Source of the DNA: a virus | Lineage: Duplodnaviria > Caudoviricetes | Direction: 5' to 3' (one strand) | Length of the DNA: 36,588 nucleotides | Virus record (IMG/VR): IMGVR_UViG_3300017645_000191 | Coordinates: 1 to 36,588 of that record | In this document: positions 24,685-33,068 of the stretch, in pieces | How positions within the stretch are numbered: the first letter of the stretch is position 1 | Layout: each line of letters starts with the position of its first letter | Notes under the pieces: generated by a model | Databases searched by the model: none | Seen by the model: the letters and a program-made list of their open reading frames with translations, nothing else | Told to the model about the DNA's origin: nothing | Program-made: the position numbers and the translations under genes

Positions 24685-26144
24685 CAGAAACCTGCCAAGT
24701 ATTCTTGCTCCACTGGAGCACGGTCGGACTTGTAGCGAGTGAGCCGCGCCTCGAACACGAGCCGTTGGCGGATGTGAGGATTGCCGAAGCGCGACTTGAT
24801 GGAGCCGACCTCTGCTATGTCTTGCCCGTCCTGCCGAACAGCCGACGGGAACACCTTCTCGATCTTTTTCCAATCGGCCTCGCTACTCGCGATCGCCTTT
24901 CGCTCTTCCAGGAACTTGATGAAGCGGTAGAGATAGAAGATCGCGTCGAAAGGTGTCTTCGCTGGATCGCCCCCAAACAGGTCCATTGAGATCGGCCGGG
25001 GATTGTCGCGCTTCATGCCGAACGAATTGCGCTGATTGAGGACCAGCCACGCTCCACCGGTCATCTCAGCACCTGCCTTGAGTATCTGGCCGATCCCCTT
25101 TGCTTTTGTGCCCTCATCTGCCCTGCGGTCTTCCGGCTTCACTACGCCTATATGATCCACGACGATGAAGGGCACCTTGCCATTCCCATGCCGCTTCACG
25201 AAGGTTCGAGCGATGCCGACAAGCTGCGGCGCTGACTGGTCGGTGCACTTCACCACCTCGAAAGGAAGGGAGCCTACCCACTGCGCAAAGTTCATGCAGG
25301 TCTCAAACTCTCGCTCCGATAGGAGCTTGGCGTCGCGCTGCCGGCGCGCTTCTATCTCGTGCTCCTGCGCTACCATCTGCCGGAGAACCTGGTCGGATGA
25401 CTGGTCATAAGAGAGGAAGCAGACCGGGTGACCTTTCTTCATGGCATGGAGCATCAGCTGCACGGTCAACGACGTCTTGCCCTCACCCGACGACGACAGC
25501 AGACCGTATAGGTTCCCTCCTTCGAAACACGGTTCAGAGATGACCTCTGCAATCTCGTCGAGCGCGATCGGCACTCCATTCACGTCTTGGCGCTGGTATG
25601 AGGCTGAGAGAGCGTCAACGTAGGACTGGCCGGCATTCTTGATCGGGGCTGCCTTCAGAGCCTCAGCACGGACAGCGGCCATCCGCTCCTCTATAGGCTC
25701 GAAGGCTTTCAGCGGATCCTCACCCGGTGCCAGGTTGAAGTACGTGTCGACGCCTTCCTGCAGCGCGCTGATTGCCTGCCGAGCAACCCATGCATCATAG
25801 ATCGCTAGGGCATAGTCGGCCGCGTTGACGATGGTGACCGCTTCCGTGCAAAGCCTTGCCAGATATGCCGCTACCGTCGCCTGCTCGCCATCGATCTTCA
25901 GGCCATCGATCGTCGTGGGCAGATGGCTGCGGATGGTTACAGGGTTCACGCCTCGGCCGGAAGCTAGCGTCTGCCCAATCACCTCGTAGATCTTGCGGTG
26001 GAGAGGCTCGTAGAAGTGCTGGGGTTCGAGGAGGCGGTTGATCTTATCGAAGGCTGCGTTGTTGATCAGGATGGCGCCAAGGAGCGCACCCTCCGCCTCC
26101 ACATTCTCAGGCACGGCCCGGAGGTTGGGATCGTAAGCGTTCAT
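24684..26144 (-). CDS. DnaB-like replicative helicase
   Basis: PENVEAEGALLGAIL..HFYEPLHRKIY N-domain; Walker A SGEGKTS; IVVDHI; KSRFG. Confidence 0.9.
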   Translation of the reverse strand: MNAYDPNLRAVPENVEAEGALLGAILINNAAFDKINRLLEPQHFYEPLHRKIYEVIGQTLASGRGVNPVTIRSHLPTTIDGLKIDGEQATVAAYLARLCTEAVTIVNAADYALAIYDAWVARQAISALQEGVDTYFNLAPGEDPLKAFEPIEERMAAVRAEALKAAPIKNAGQSYVDALSASYQRQDVNGVPIALDEIAEVISEPCFEGGNLYGLLSSSGEGKTSLTVQLMLHAMKKGHPVCFLSYDQSSDQVLRQMVAQEHEIEARRQRDAKLLSEREFETCMNFAQWVGSLPFEVVKCTDQSAPQLVGIARTFVKRHGNGKVPFIVVDHIGVVKPEDRRADEGTKAKGIGQILKAGAEMTGGAWLVLNQRNSFGMKRDNPRPISMDLFGGDPAKTPFDAIFYLYRFIKFLEERKAIASSEADWKKIEKVFPSAVRQDGQDIAEVGSIKSRFGNPHIRQRLVFEARLTRYKSDRAPVEQEYLAGF

Positions 26145-26686
26145 GCCTGCGTCCTTTCAAGCATCTTGAGCTGCTGACAGTGACCGGCGGTCCATATCGC
26201 TATCGCTACGGCGTCGCGGGAGTCAGCGTTTGGGGACACAACCTTCAGGCTCTCGATAAACTGCTTCACTCGAGCTTTCGGCGGACCTTTGATGTGGGAG
26301 GGAATGATCCGCTGCCAGGTCTTCGGCTGAACCTCTATGCAGGGCACGTTCTGACCGGTCACACAGATCTGAGCAGCGCCCACCAGGCGATTCAGCATCA
26401 TGATGGTGCCCGGGTTGATCGTGGTGGTTTCCTCCTCCTCCCCGAACATCGTCTTCGTCTTCTTCGTGAAGCTGGGGATGAAGGAGAGTGGCGCTTCGAT
26501 ACTGCAGAAGTCTGGCCGGTGCTCGCGGATCAGCTTCGGCAGCTTCCTGCGCATGTCGAGAACCTTCTCGAATGCATTCGTGCCGGCAAAGTGGAGCGAG
26601 TTGGAGACGATGGCGGACGGCGGCCGGTCGAGGTCATAGATTGCCCAGCCGCACTTTGAAGCCACGTCGAGAGACAGGATTTTCAT
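26141..26686 (-). CDS. RuvC-like Holliday junction resolvase
   Basis: MKILSLDVASKCGWA, IEAP, VQPKTWQR, DSRDAVAIA. Confidence 0.75.
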   Translation of the reverse strand: MKILSLDVASKCGWAIYDLDRPPSAIVSNSLHFAGTNAFEKVLDMRRKLPKLIREHRPDFCSIEAPLSFIPSFTKKTKTMFGEEEETTTINPGTIMMLNRLVGAAQICVTGQNVPCIEVQPKTWQRIIPSHIKGPPKARVKQFIESLKVVSPNADSRDAVAIAIWTAGHCQQLKMLERTQA

Positions 26687-27255
26687 CGCCGCGGCTCCTT
26701 GGCTTCCCAGAGCAACCTCTTCGTTGAGAAGTTCCGGTCTGACGGCCCCCAAATGTACCAAGCATGGTCCTCTGTTCCTGTCGTCTGGCCGGGGAACCAT
26801 TGGATACGATCGAGCAGAGCTATCTTGGCCATAAACCGAGGATTGTCTGCGAAGAAGCGTCGGCGAGTTTTCCCGAAGTCGAATTTTGCGGTCAGCAAGA
26901 GAGCGATGTAGCCAGAGCAGCGCTCGAGGGAACGTTCGATGAAGCGAACAGCATCTCGGTTCCCCTTGCCATAAGGCGGGTTGGTGATGATCGCATCGAA
27001 GACTTCGTGGTCGTTCCTGTCTGATAGAAAGTCGAATAATTCGCTGTGAAATTTGTCGTAGGTTACGATGTCGGATGTAACCACGCGGGCACCGGCGGCC
27101 TCCAGGACATCTGCCATCATGTGGTTGCCAGCGGCTGGCTCCCATACGGTTAGACCGTGCACGGGCAAGTTCCGAATCAGAGCTTCAGTCGCCCACGGCT
27201 CGGTCTGATAGAGATCGTTTTCCTTGCGGAGGAAATTGGAAGGGACAACGGTCAT
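26683..27255 (-). CDS. Small DNA adenine methyltransferase
   Basis: DLYQTEPW, WEPAAGNH SAM-binding, IITNPPY catalytic motif. Confidence 0.8.
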   Translation of the reverse strand: MTVVPSNFLRKENDLYQTEPWATEALIRNLPVHGLTVWEPAAGNHMMADVLEAAGARVVTSDIVTYDKFHSELFDFLSDRNDHEVFDAIITNPPYGKGNRDAVRFIERSLERCSGYIALLLTAKFDFGKTRRRFFADNPRFMAKIALLDRIQWFPGQTTGTEDHAWYIWGPSDRNFSTKRLLWEAKEPRR

Positions 27256-27258
27256 GGA

Positions 27259-27393
27259 TCAGCACCGGCTCAGAAGGGCAAAGGTGAAGGCTGATGCCGC
27301 CACCAGTGCGAGTATGGATTGCACGATCAGAAATCGGATTTGTTCTTTGGTCACGTCCCACCTCGTAGGAGGAGCGCGCACGGCGCTCCCCAT
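27259..27393 (-). CDS. Small hydrophobic peptide
   Basis: MGSAVRAPPTRWDVTKEQIRFLIVQSILALVAASAFTFALLSRC fills the gap in the operon. Confidence 0.45.
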   Translation of the reverse strand: MGSAVRAPPTRWDVTKEQIRFLIVQSILALVAASAFTFALLSRC

Positions 27394-27401
27394 GGGATCC
27401 G

Positions 27402-27959
27402 TTATTCTTCGTCTTCGTTGAAGACGTCGTCTTCGCTGTCACCCTTGATCAGCTCATCTCCAGCCGGCTCAAGGGAAAGGATCAGCTCGCGCTCCTTGGT
27501 GCCTTCATGGAATGCTTCGATCCATGCTTGCCCCTGCTCGCTGTCGATCGCGAAGGGGTTCTGGTCCATGCCCTGCCCCATGATGCCGACGTAGCGGCCG
27601 AGCTCTTTCGCTTTGGCTGAGCTATCGCGGCTGGGCTGCTCAACGCGGAACATGTCGAGCTGCTTCTTCTCGATCGGTGTGCCCAGGATCATCAGGTATT
27701 CAGTCAGCGCCTTGAGGTAGGCGACCTTATCCTCAACCTTGCCGGACTTCTTGATCGATAGAGCGTCCTTGGCAGCGCCGAGATGGATCCCCTTCGCTTC
27801 GACGTGCTTCAGCGTGTTCCGGTAATTGCCGTTGGCGGATTCGAACTCCGCCTTTGCGCGCTGAATCTTACCAAGCTGAAGAGCGATAACGGCGTCTTCT
27901 GCCGGTCCATTCCGCTTTAGCTCGACCACGTTGTCTTCCTTCTTTGCAGCCCTTGCCAT
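27402..27959 (-). CDS. GapR(DUF2312)-like N-domain plus RMF-like C-terminal motif protein
   Basis: AAGGAG RBS; YRNTLKHVEAKGI..ALSIKK..EYLMILG; AKELGRYVGIMG..NPF..QAWIEAFHEG. Confidence 0.55.
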   Translation of the reverse strand: MARAAKKEDNVVELKRNGPAEDAVIALQLGKIQRAKAEFESANGNYRNTLKHVEAKGIHLGAAKDALSIKKSGKVEDKVAYLKALTEYLMILGTPIEKKQLDMFRVEQPSRDSSAKAKELGRYVGIMGQGMDQNPFAIDSEQGQAWIEAFHEGTKERELILSLEPAGDELIKGDSEDDVFNEDEE

Positions 27960-27980
27960 GCTCGGCTCCTTTAGCCTTCG

Positions 27981-28220
27981 TCAGTCTTTTCCAATGACTT
28001 TCGTCTTCAAGAATCCACCCAAGAACCCCATGGCCGCGCCGACCTCCCAGACAGCTAGGTCGTACGTGTCCACGCCAACGCGCGTCAGAAAGCTGAGGAT
28101 GGCGTCAGTAAAGAACAGGCCGACGACCCATCCCGAGAATGCTCCGAAAAGAACCCCGAGGATGGGAGCGGTGAAGGCCAGGATGACCACGGCCGCGGCA
28201 AGGCCCAGTATTTTCTCCAT
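27981..28220 (-). CDS. Small membrane protein
   Basis: AGGAG RBS; hydrophobic MEKILGLAAAVVILAF..GAAMGFLGGFLK. Confidence 0.7.
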   Translation of the reverse strand: MEKILGLAAAVVILAFTAPILGVLFGAFSGWVVGLFFTDAILSFLTRVGVDTYDLAVWEVGAAMGFLGGFLKTKVIGKD

Positions 28221-28231
28221 CTCATCGGCTC

Positions 28232-28777
28232 CTATTTCGCCATCTCTCGACGGCAAGCGCCGTCCGTTCCCACGCTCGAAAGAGCGCGCTCCAAATCAGC
28301 TTCATGCCGTAGTTCTCTGAGTTGCTGGCGCTCTGCCCGGTACTGTCGGGCGGCTGCCTCGTTACGATGGACCATGTCGTTGTAGGCAAGCATCAGTGCC
28401 CGATACTGTGATCCCGCCACTTCGCCCATCTCGCGCCACTTGTAGCGGAGACGCTTGAGGTAGCTTTCGGCGATGCCGGTTCTTTGAGCCACGCGGTACC
28501 GCGCCGCTTCACGAGTATCACCAAGCCCGCGGTACTCAGCCTTCTGTAACTCTTCCGCCCAGAACCGAGCCTCTTCCAGAGCTGCCTCGACATGGTCGGT
28601 ACGGCGAAGAGAATTTCCGGAACCGGAAACGCATTCTCCGCCGCCGCTCAACGCCGACGAGTAGGTCTCATCCATCGAAGTGAACCGATGAGTGGTCTGA
28701 GGGCCATGGAAAGGATGATGAGATGAAGAGCCGAAACCGAACGACGCAGTTGGAGTTGAACCTGCAAGCTCCATCAT
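28232..28777 (-). CDS. CII-position regulatory/hypothetical protein
   Basis: GDTREAARYRVAQRTGIAESYLKRLRY HTH-like; TGATG coupling at 28777 (alternative start 28675). Confidence 0.6.
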   Translation of the reverse strand: MMELAGSTPTASFGFGSSSHHPFHGPQTTHRFTSMDETYSSALSGGGECVSGSGNSLRRTDHVEAALEEARFWAEELQKAEYRGLGDTREAARYRVAQRTGIAESYLKRLRYKWREMGEVAGSQYRALMLAYNDMVHRNEAAARQYRAERQQLRELRHEADLERALSSVGTDGACRREMAK

Positions 28778-28929
28778 CAGAGCCCTGCCCGACGCGCAGC
28801 GTCTTCAACGGAGGCAGGCTGCTCGCTGTCGATCTCAGCGGCCTTGCCACGGTCGCGCCAAGCGGTGAGAACCGTCGGCGCAACCAATATAGCAACCCAG
28901 AGGGTGAGGATCAGACAGAGCGCCGTCAA
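28777..28929 (-). CDS. 50-aa membrane peptide (not in ORF track)
   Basis: TTG overlaps cro stop and TGA overlaps next ATG; MTALCLILTLWVAILVAPTVLTAWRDRGKAAEID... Confidence 0.55.
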   Translation of the reverse strand: MTALCLILTLWVAILVAPTVLTAWRDRGKAAEIDSEQPASVEDAARRAGL

Positions 28930-29156
28930 GCCTCGACCTCATCGGCCAGTTCGACATACTCAAAGAGCAGCGCGTCGTTCCACGCGATGCCACGATCTTT
29001 AGCTGCTTTCCGGATGGACTTGGCCACCGTCAGGGTGATCTCAGAGCCTGCCTCGAGACGGGACACGGTTGCTTGCGTGACGCCGATCGCGCTCGCGAAC
29101 TCGCCCTGCGTGTTCATACCGAAAAGGTTTGTGCGGATGTGCTTTATCACGTTCAT
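28926..29156 (-). CDS. cro: Cro-like HTH protein
   Basis: TQGEFASAIGVTQATVSRLEAG; divergent from cI; apparently leaderless. Confidence 0.85.
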   Translation of the reverse strand: MNVIKHIRTNLFGMNTQGEFASAIGVTQATVSRLEAGSEITLTVAKSIRKAAKDRGIAWNDALLFEYVELADEVEA

Positions 29157-29214
29157 ACGTCAATGTATAAGCGTATACGTATCACTGTGTCAATCCGCTG
29201 ATACGAGTACGTGT
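29155..29214. promoter_or_regulatory. OR-like switch region: pR and three operators
   Basis: Leftward TTGACA-N18-TATACA; ATACGTCAATGTAT 29155, AAGCGTATACGTAT 29169, ATACGAGTACGTGT 29201. Confidence 0.8.
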
Positions 29215-29249
29215 TTGCGACGTGCTGAAACACGGTCTAGCTTCCGCCC

Positions 29250-29924
29250 ATGAAGCTGACCGACATCATCATCGGCCTTGAGAAGGCCGGCCTTACGCAG
29301 AACATGATCGCCAATGCGGTCAGTGAGCGAGGCGTTAAAACCACCCAGGCAACGATCTCGCGGATCAAGAAGGGTTCGCAGACAAACGCGGATATGGATC
29401 GCGCTTTGCGTCAACTCGCAAGCGAGTACGGCTTGATCGCTGAGAGCCACAGCCGCGCACCAGGTGCGGTCAAGGACTACATCGATGAAGTAGATGTTTA
29501 CACAGGGCTCGGAGGAGGAGGCTTGTCGATCGTCGAAACAACGACGCAGAACGGGATGACATTTGCCACCGAGGCGATCCGCGATCATTGGCGGATACCT
29601 GAGTACATGCTGAATCGCTTCAATGCTCAGCCGCGGCACATCAAAGCATTTCCGGCCCAGGGTGATTCGATGTCGCCGACGATTCAGGATGGCGATGTCG
29701 TGTTCGTCGACACCCGCCACAAAGTGCCATCGCCTCCTGGCATTTACGTTCTGGCCGATGAGTTTGGTGGCGTAGTTACGAAGCGACTGGAAGTGATATC
29801 GCGCCCGAGCGACGAAACTGTCACCGTGCGGATCTCTTCAGATAATCCAAACCACAATGACCGCGAACTCACGCTCGACGAGATTCACATCATTGGCAGA
29901 TACATCGGCCGATTCACGGTGTAA
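29250..29924 (+). CDS. cI: CI-like repressor (XRE HTH plus S24 peptidase)
   Basis: TQATISRIKKG HTH; GDSMSP catalytic Ser and VTKRL catalytic Lys. Confidence 0.92.
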   Translation: MKLTDIIIGLEKAGLTQNMIANAVSERGVKTTQATISRIKKGSQTNADMDRALRQLASEYGLIAESHSRAPGAVKDYIDEVDVYTGLGGGGLSIVETTTQNGMTFATEAIRDHWRIPEYMLNRFNAQPRHIKAFPAQGDSMSPTIQDGDVVFVDTRHKVPSPPGIYVLADEFGGVVTKRLEVISRPSDETVTVRISSDNPNHNDRELTLDEIHIIGRYIGRFTV

Positions 29925-29929
29925 CGACG

Positions 29930-30538
29930 ACCTCGGTTGCCGTCTTTTCTCTCACGTAGACGCTAAGTTCTGAGACGTTGAAGAAACTAGAATCTTCCTT
30001 CTCTAGAGCCGTATTCTGAGACGTATGAGAACTATCTCCATTCTATCCCGTCAGGGATAGAGGCTTAGGAAACGGCGCAGTAATCCCTTGCACGCCGAAG
30101 AGCATCGACGCCAAGGGTAACTGCACGGTCAAGACAGAGCCTTGAGGTTCCCGTATGCATCCCCGCCCGGCCATATGACGGCCTGTCCCACCAGCGGTTC
30201 ATGGTCGGTTTCTATTGGCTGGTGTGCCTCACGCGCCGGGGCCGATCTCCCGCTGTGCTTGCGCGCCCTTCTCACCTGATTGCCGGTGAGCCGCTTGTGC
30301 CCCTGTCCTTGCACTTCCAAGCAGGGCGGACAACCGCACCCCTACTGCACGAGAATCGCAGCTTTCGCCGCTCAACCGTGAGGCCGTCCCTTTCAGGATA
30401 GGCACCCTTGCCTGTCCTGGATGACGTTTGACTTGAGGAATTCAGTGGTTCGCTCTATGTTTGAGCCCACTGGATACCGGCCGCCAAACCAGTTTCATCC
30501 AGTCTGGCCCCGACCGTAGCGAAACGGTGCGGGGCTTT
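29930..30538 (-). ncRNA. Candidate ~600-nt structured noncoding RNA (putative pre-primer/origin RNA)
   Basis: Promoter TTGACG-N17-CTACAA (30572-30544); no credible ORF; many stems whose G-U pairs and GAAA tetraloops favour the minus strand (30075-30126, 30358-30371, 30387-30398); 3' end unknown. Confidence 0.5.
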
Positions 30539-30545
30539 CTTTTTT
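30469..30545 (+). ncRNA. ~77-nt antisense sRNA (CopA/RNA I-like architecture)
   Basis: Promoter TTGAGG-N17-TATGTT (30433-30461); stem ACTGGAT/ATCCAGT with CCGCCAAA loop; terminator GCCCCG..CGGGGC-TTTCTTTTTT. Confidence 0.7.
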
Positions 30546-30571
30546 GTAGGCCCGGCTCGGCTCACTCGTCA

Positions 30572-30629
30572 ATACGTATAAAATTTAATCCGCATACGTA
30601 TTGACAGCAATACGTCGGCGCATTAGCGT
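30572..30629 (+). promoter_or_regulatory. pL/OL-like promoter and operators
   Basis: TTGACA-N17-TAGCGT (30601-30629); ATCCGCATACGTAT 30588, ATACGTCGGCGCAT 30610, half site ATACGTAT 30572. Confidence 0.8.
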
Positions 30630-30988
30630 TGATCATATCCAAGCAGGAATGATCGAAATGCTGACGAGCCACCTCATCCCCCTCAATGACGTACCCTCAG
30701 CTGATCATTCCGGCGATCACACCGTTGGAGGCCATGATGTAACCCGCAACGCGCTGCGCGTACCCGCTCGTATTGTCCTGAATGGTCGCCTGGCCGTGGG
30801 CGTAGACACGGTCACCAATTCGCCCGAACGGGCACGAACTGAACCCGCCGAGGCCGCAGTTACGGCGGGGACTGATTTGCGCAAACCTGTTGCTGCGGAA
30901 CAGGGCCAAATCATCAGGGAAGGCGGTGCGCGCCGAGAAACCGACCGCTTGCGCGGTGACGCTTCACGCCCTGATGCCGATTTCATAT

Positions 30989-31059
30989 CGCGCTCGCTTA
31001 CCTCCTCCCAAGCGATCGTGAAGCCGGAGGCAGGCTCCCTCCTCCCGTCTGTCTCCGGC
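30989..31059 (+). ncRNA. Cuckoo/alpha-r14-like tandem hairpins with CCUCCUCCC loops
   Basis: TCGCTT-A-CCTCCTCCC-AAGCGA and GCCGGAGGCAGG-CTCCCTCCTCCCG-TCTGTCTCCGGC. Confidence 0.65.
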
Positions 31060-31082
31060 AACCCTTCCCATGAGGTGACGGC

Positions 31083-31358
31083 ATGAAAACCGTCCTCACT
31101 CTTCCCCTCGAAGAGCAGCTTGAAATCGCCGAGCGCGATCTTTTCTGCGCGAAGATGATCGACAACACCGCGCGAATGTGGGCTGAGGTCGCCGAATGCG
31201 AGCGGCGGGTCGACGACGTTAAGAAACAGATCGAGATCGTCGACCGCCAACTTCGTGAGTGCGAGGAAATCCTGAAAACCGAAACGGAGATCAGCCGTCG
31301 GCGCGAAGCGCGTGACGAGTACCTCCGGCTGAGTGCGCAAAGGTACCGCCAACCATGA
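31083..31358 (+). CDS. Coiled-coil early protein
   Basis: GAGGTG RBS; Glu/Arg-rich helix. Confidence 0.7.
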   Translation: MKTVLTLPLEEQLEIAERDLFCAKMIDNTARMWAEVAECERRVDDVKKQIEIVDRQLRECEEILKTETEISRRREARDEYLRLSAQRYRQP

Positions 31359-31576
31359 ACCGTCTTCTCGTGCAGGTTTTCCGCAATGGCGCTTGGTGCA
31401 AGGTCACCACCGTTGCGTACGAGCCCGGCCACAACGCCATCGATGCTGAGCGCAAGTTCGCCAAGGCTCACAGAGAGGCGATGCGGCAGGTGAGCCGCTG
31501 GCGCGCCTACTTCTCCGATCCGCTCCGAATAGTCGAGCCGACGGCTAAGGGTGACTACCGCGAGGTGAGGACGTGA
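31355..31576 (+). CDS. Hypothetical early protein
   Basis: ATGA coupling to upstream gene. Confidence 0.65.
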   Translation: MNRLLVQVFRNGAWCKVTTVAYEPGHNAIDAERKFAKAHREAMRQVSRWRAYFSDPLRIVEPTAKGDYREVRT

Positions 31577-31761
31577 CGACGGATCTCGTCGAATCCGTCG
31601 CCTTCGCGATCTACCAGACGTGGAGCCGAGAGCGGGATCCTCATCGGGCTTTGTCTCGCTTCAAGCGCCTCCCAGACCCAACCAGAGAATCTTTTGAAGC
31701 TGAAGCCAAGTCCGCGATCCGCGTGTGCGAGGCATATTTCACCGGAGCCAGAACAGCATGA
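31573..31761 (+). CDS. Hypothetical early protein
   Basis: GTGA coupling; LVESVAFAIY..FEAEAKSAI motif of small phage proteins. Confidence 0.65.
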   Translation: MTTDLVESVAFAIYQTWSRERDPHRALSRFKRLPDPTRESFEAEAKSAIRVCEAYFTGARTA

Positions 31762-32837
31762 TCATGACGAATGTCGGCGAAATCGCCCAGGTATCGATCG
31801 TAGAGCGTTGGCGCTGGTGGCAGGAAGCGCTCAAGAGCCCCGGCAAGATCGGCACCCCTGATCTTCCCATCCACGCCAACGAGTATCAGCTCGGCTACTA
31901 TCGCTGCCGCCGCAAGAATGGACCGTGGGAACCGGTAGGCATCTATCCGGATGATGACGGCGTCGTCGTCGGGTTCCGCAGCGGCCTGCAGGTGTTGGAT
32001 CTGAACGATCTGTTTCTTTGGTGCTGCCGTTATCCGATCTCGTATGAGGCCTATGTGAAGGCGCTGGAGGGTGGTGGCTTTGATGACGAGCCCGCACCGG
32101 CCCCAACCATCGGGCACAACTCCGGCGATGCGGATCCTTTCGACGCGCTGATGATGGAGTACCTCGGCGAAAAGGAAATGGCCGAGGAGTTCCTGAAGCA
32201 GCCCGTTAAGACGAAAGCTGATGCCGACCGCGCCGCGATCTGGGCAGACAGACTGAAGAAAATCGCTTCAAAAGCAGTCGCCTTCCACAAAGTTGAGAAG
32301 CAGCCATTCCTTGATGGTGGCCGCGCAGTCGATGAGAAATGGCGAGGGCTGAAAGAAGAGCCTGGCACAGTCGTCGATGCGCTCCGCGCTCACGTCAAAC
32401 CTTACTTCGCCGAATTGAAGCGGCAGGAGGAGGAGCGCCAGCGCCTCGCCCGTGAAAAGGCTGATGCTGAGAGGCGCGAGGCCGAGGAAAAAGCGCGTGC
32501 GGCACGCGAAGCGGCAGCCAAGGCTGAGGAAGGCGATCTCGCCGCCGAGCAGGCGCGTCAGGAGGCCATCGAAGCGACTCGCCGCGCCAAGGAAGCGGAA
32601 AAGGAAACCGAAGCCCGGAAGATCAGTGCCGGTCGTACTGGCTCGCGCATGGGCTATAGGACTGAGACGGTCTACGTCGTCGCCGACTACGTGAAGGCAG
32701 CAACCGCCATCCTCTCCATGAAAGGCGACAACAGCAAAGATCTGGAAAAAGAGATCGAGCGCCTTGCCAAAAAGGTGATGAAGGCGGGCGTCCCACTCGA
32801 GGGCGTCGAAGCTCAGGAGCGGGAGGTTGTTCGATGA
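31758..32837 (+). CDS. Recombination-module coiled-coil protein
   Basis: GYYR..WEPV N-domain, IGHN linker, EKQPFLDGGRAVDEKW coiled coil; upstream of bet. Confidence 0.75.
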   Translation: MIMTNVGEIAQVSIVERWRWWQEALKSPGKIGTPDLPIHANEYQLGYYRCRRKNGPWEPVGIYPDDDGVVVGFRSGLQVLDLNDLFLWCCRYPISYEAYVKALEGGGFDDEPAPAPTIGHNSGDADPFDALMMEYLGEKEMAEEFLKQPVKTKADADRAAIWADRLKKIASKAVAFHKVEKQPFLDGGRAVDEKWRGLKEEPGTVVDALRAHVKPYFAELKRQEEERQRLAREKADAERREAEEKARAAREAAAKAEEGDLAAEQARQEAIEATRRAKEAEKETEARKISAGRTGSRMGYRTETVYVVADYVKAATAILSMKGDNSKDLEKEIERLAKKVMKAGVPLEGVEAQEREVVR

Positions 32838-33022
32838 TCGCCTCTGTCCAGTTCCCCAACTCCAGCCGTAGCTACGACTACATCGCCCCCTTCCCTGTCC
32901 ATGTCGGCATGAAGGTGGTCGTTGAGACCAAGCGGGGCGAAGCCGTCGTCGAGGTCGTAGCCGTTAAGGAGTCGTCGGAGGCCGCCACGGCATCGCTGGT
33001 CCGACCGGAAGCGATGTTCTGA
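32834..33022 (+). CDS. Small SH3-like protein
   Basis: SVQF..RSYDY..VGMKVVVET. Confidence 0.7.
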   Translation: MIASVQFPNSSRSYDYIAPFPVHVGMKVVVETKRGEAVVEVVAVKESSEAATASLVRPEAMF

Positions 33023-33068
33023 CGGCGTACCACCTGCCTCAAAATAGAAGATCTAGCGGAGAAGCCGC

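Noticed and set aside
30006-30035. GAGCCGTAT...ACGTATG resembling group II intron domain V
   Set aside because: The 3' arm does not pair to complete the D5 stem, and there is no RT/maturase or interrupted gene
30601-31086. 161-aa ORF after pL
   Set aside because: Its TTG start is the -35 box, the product has no recognisable features and the region is dominated by RNA stems; a shorter translated form cannot be excluded
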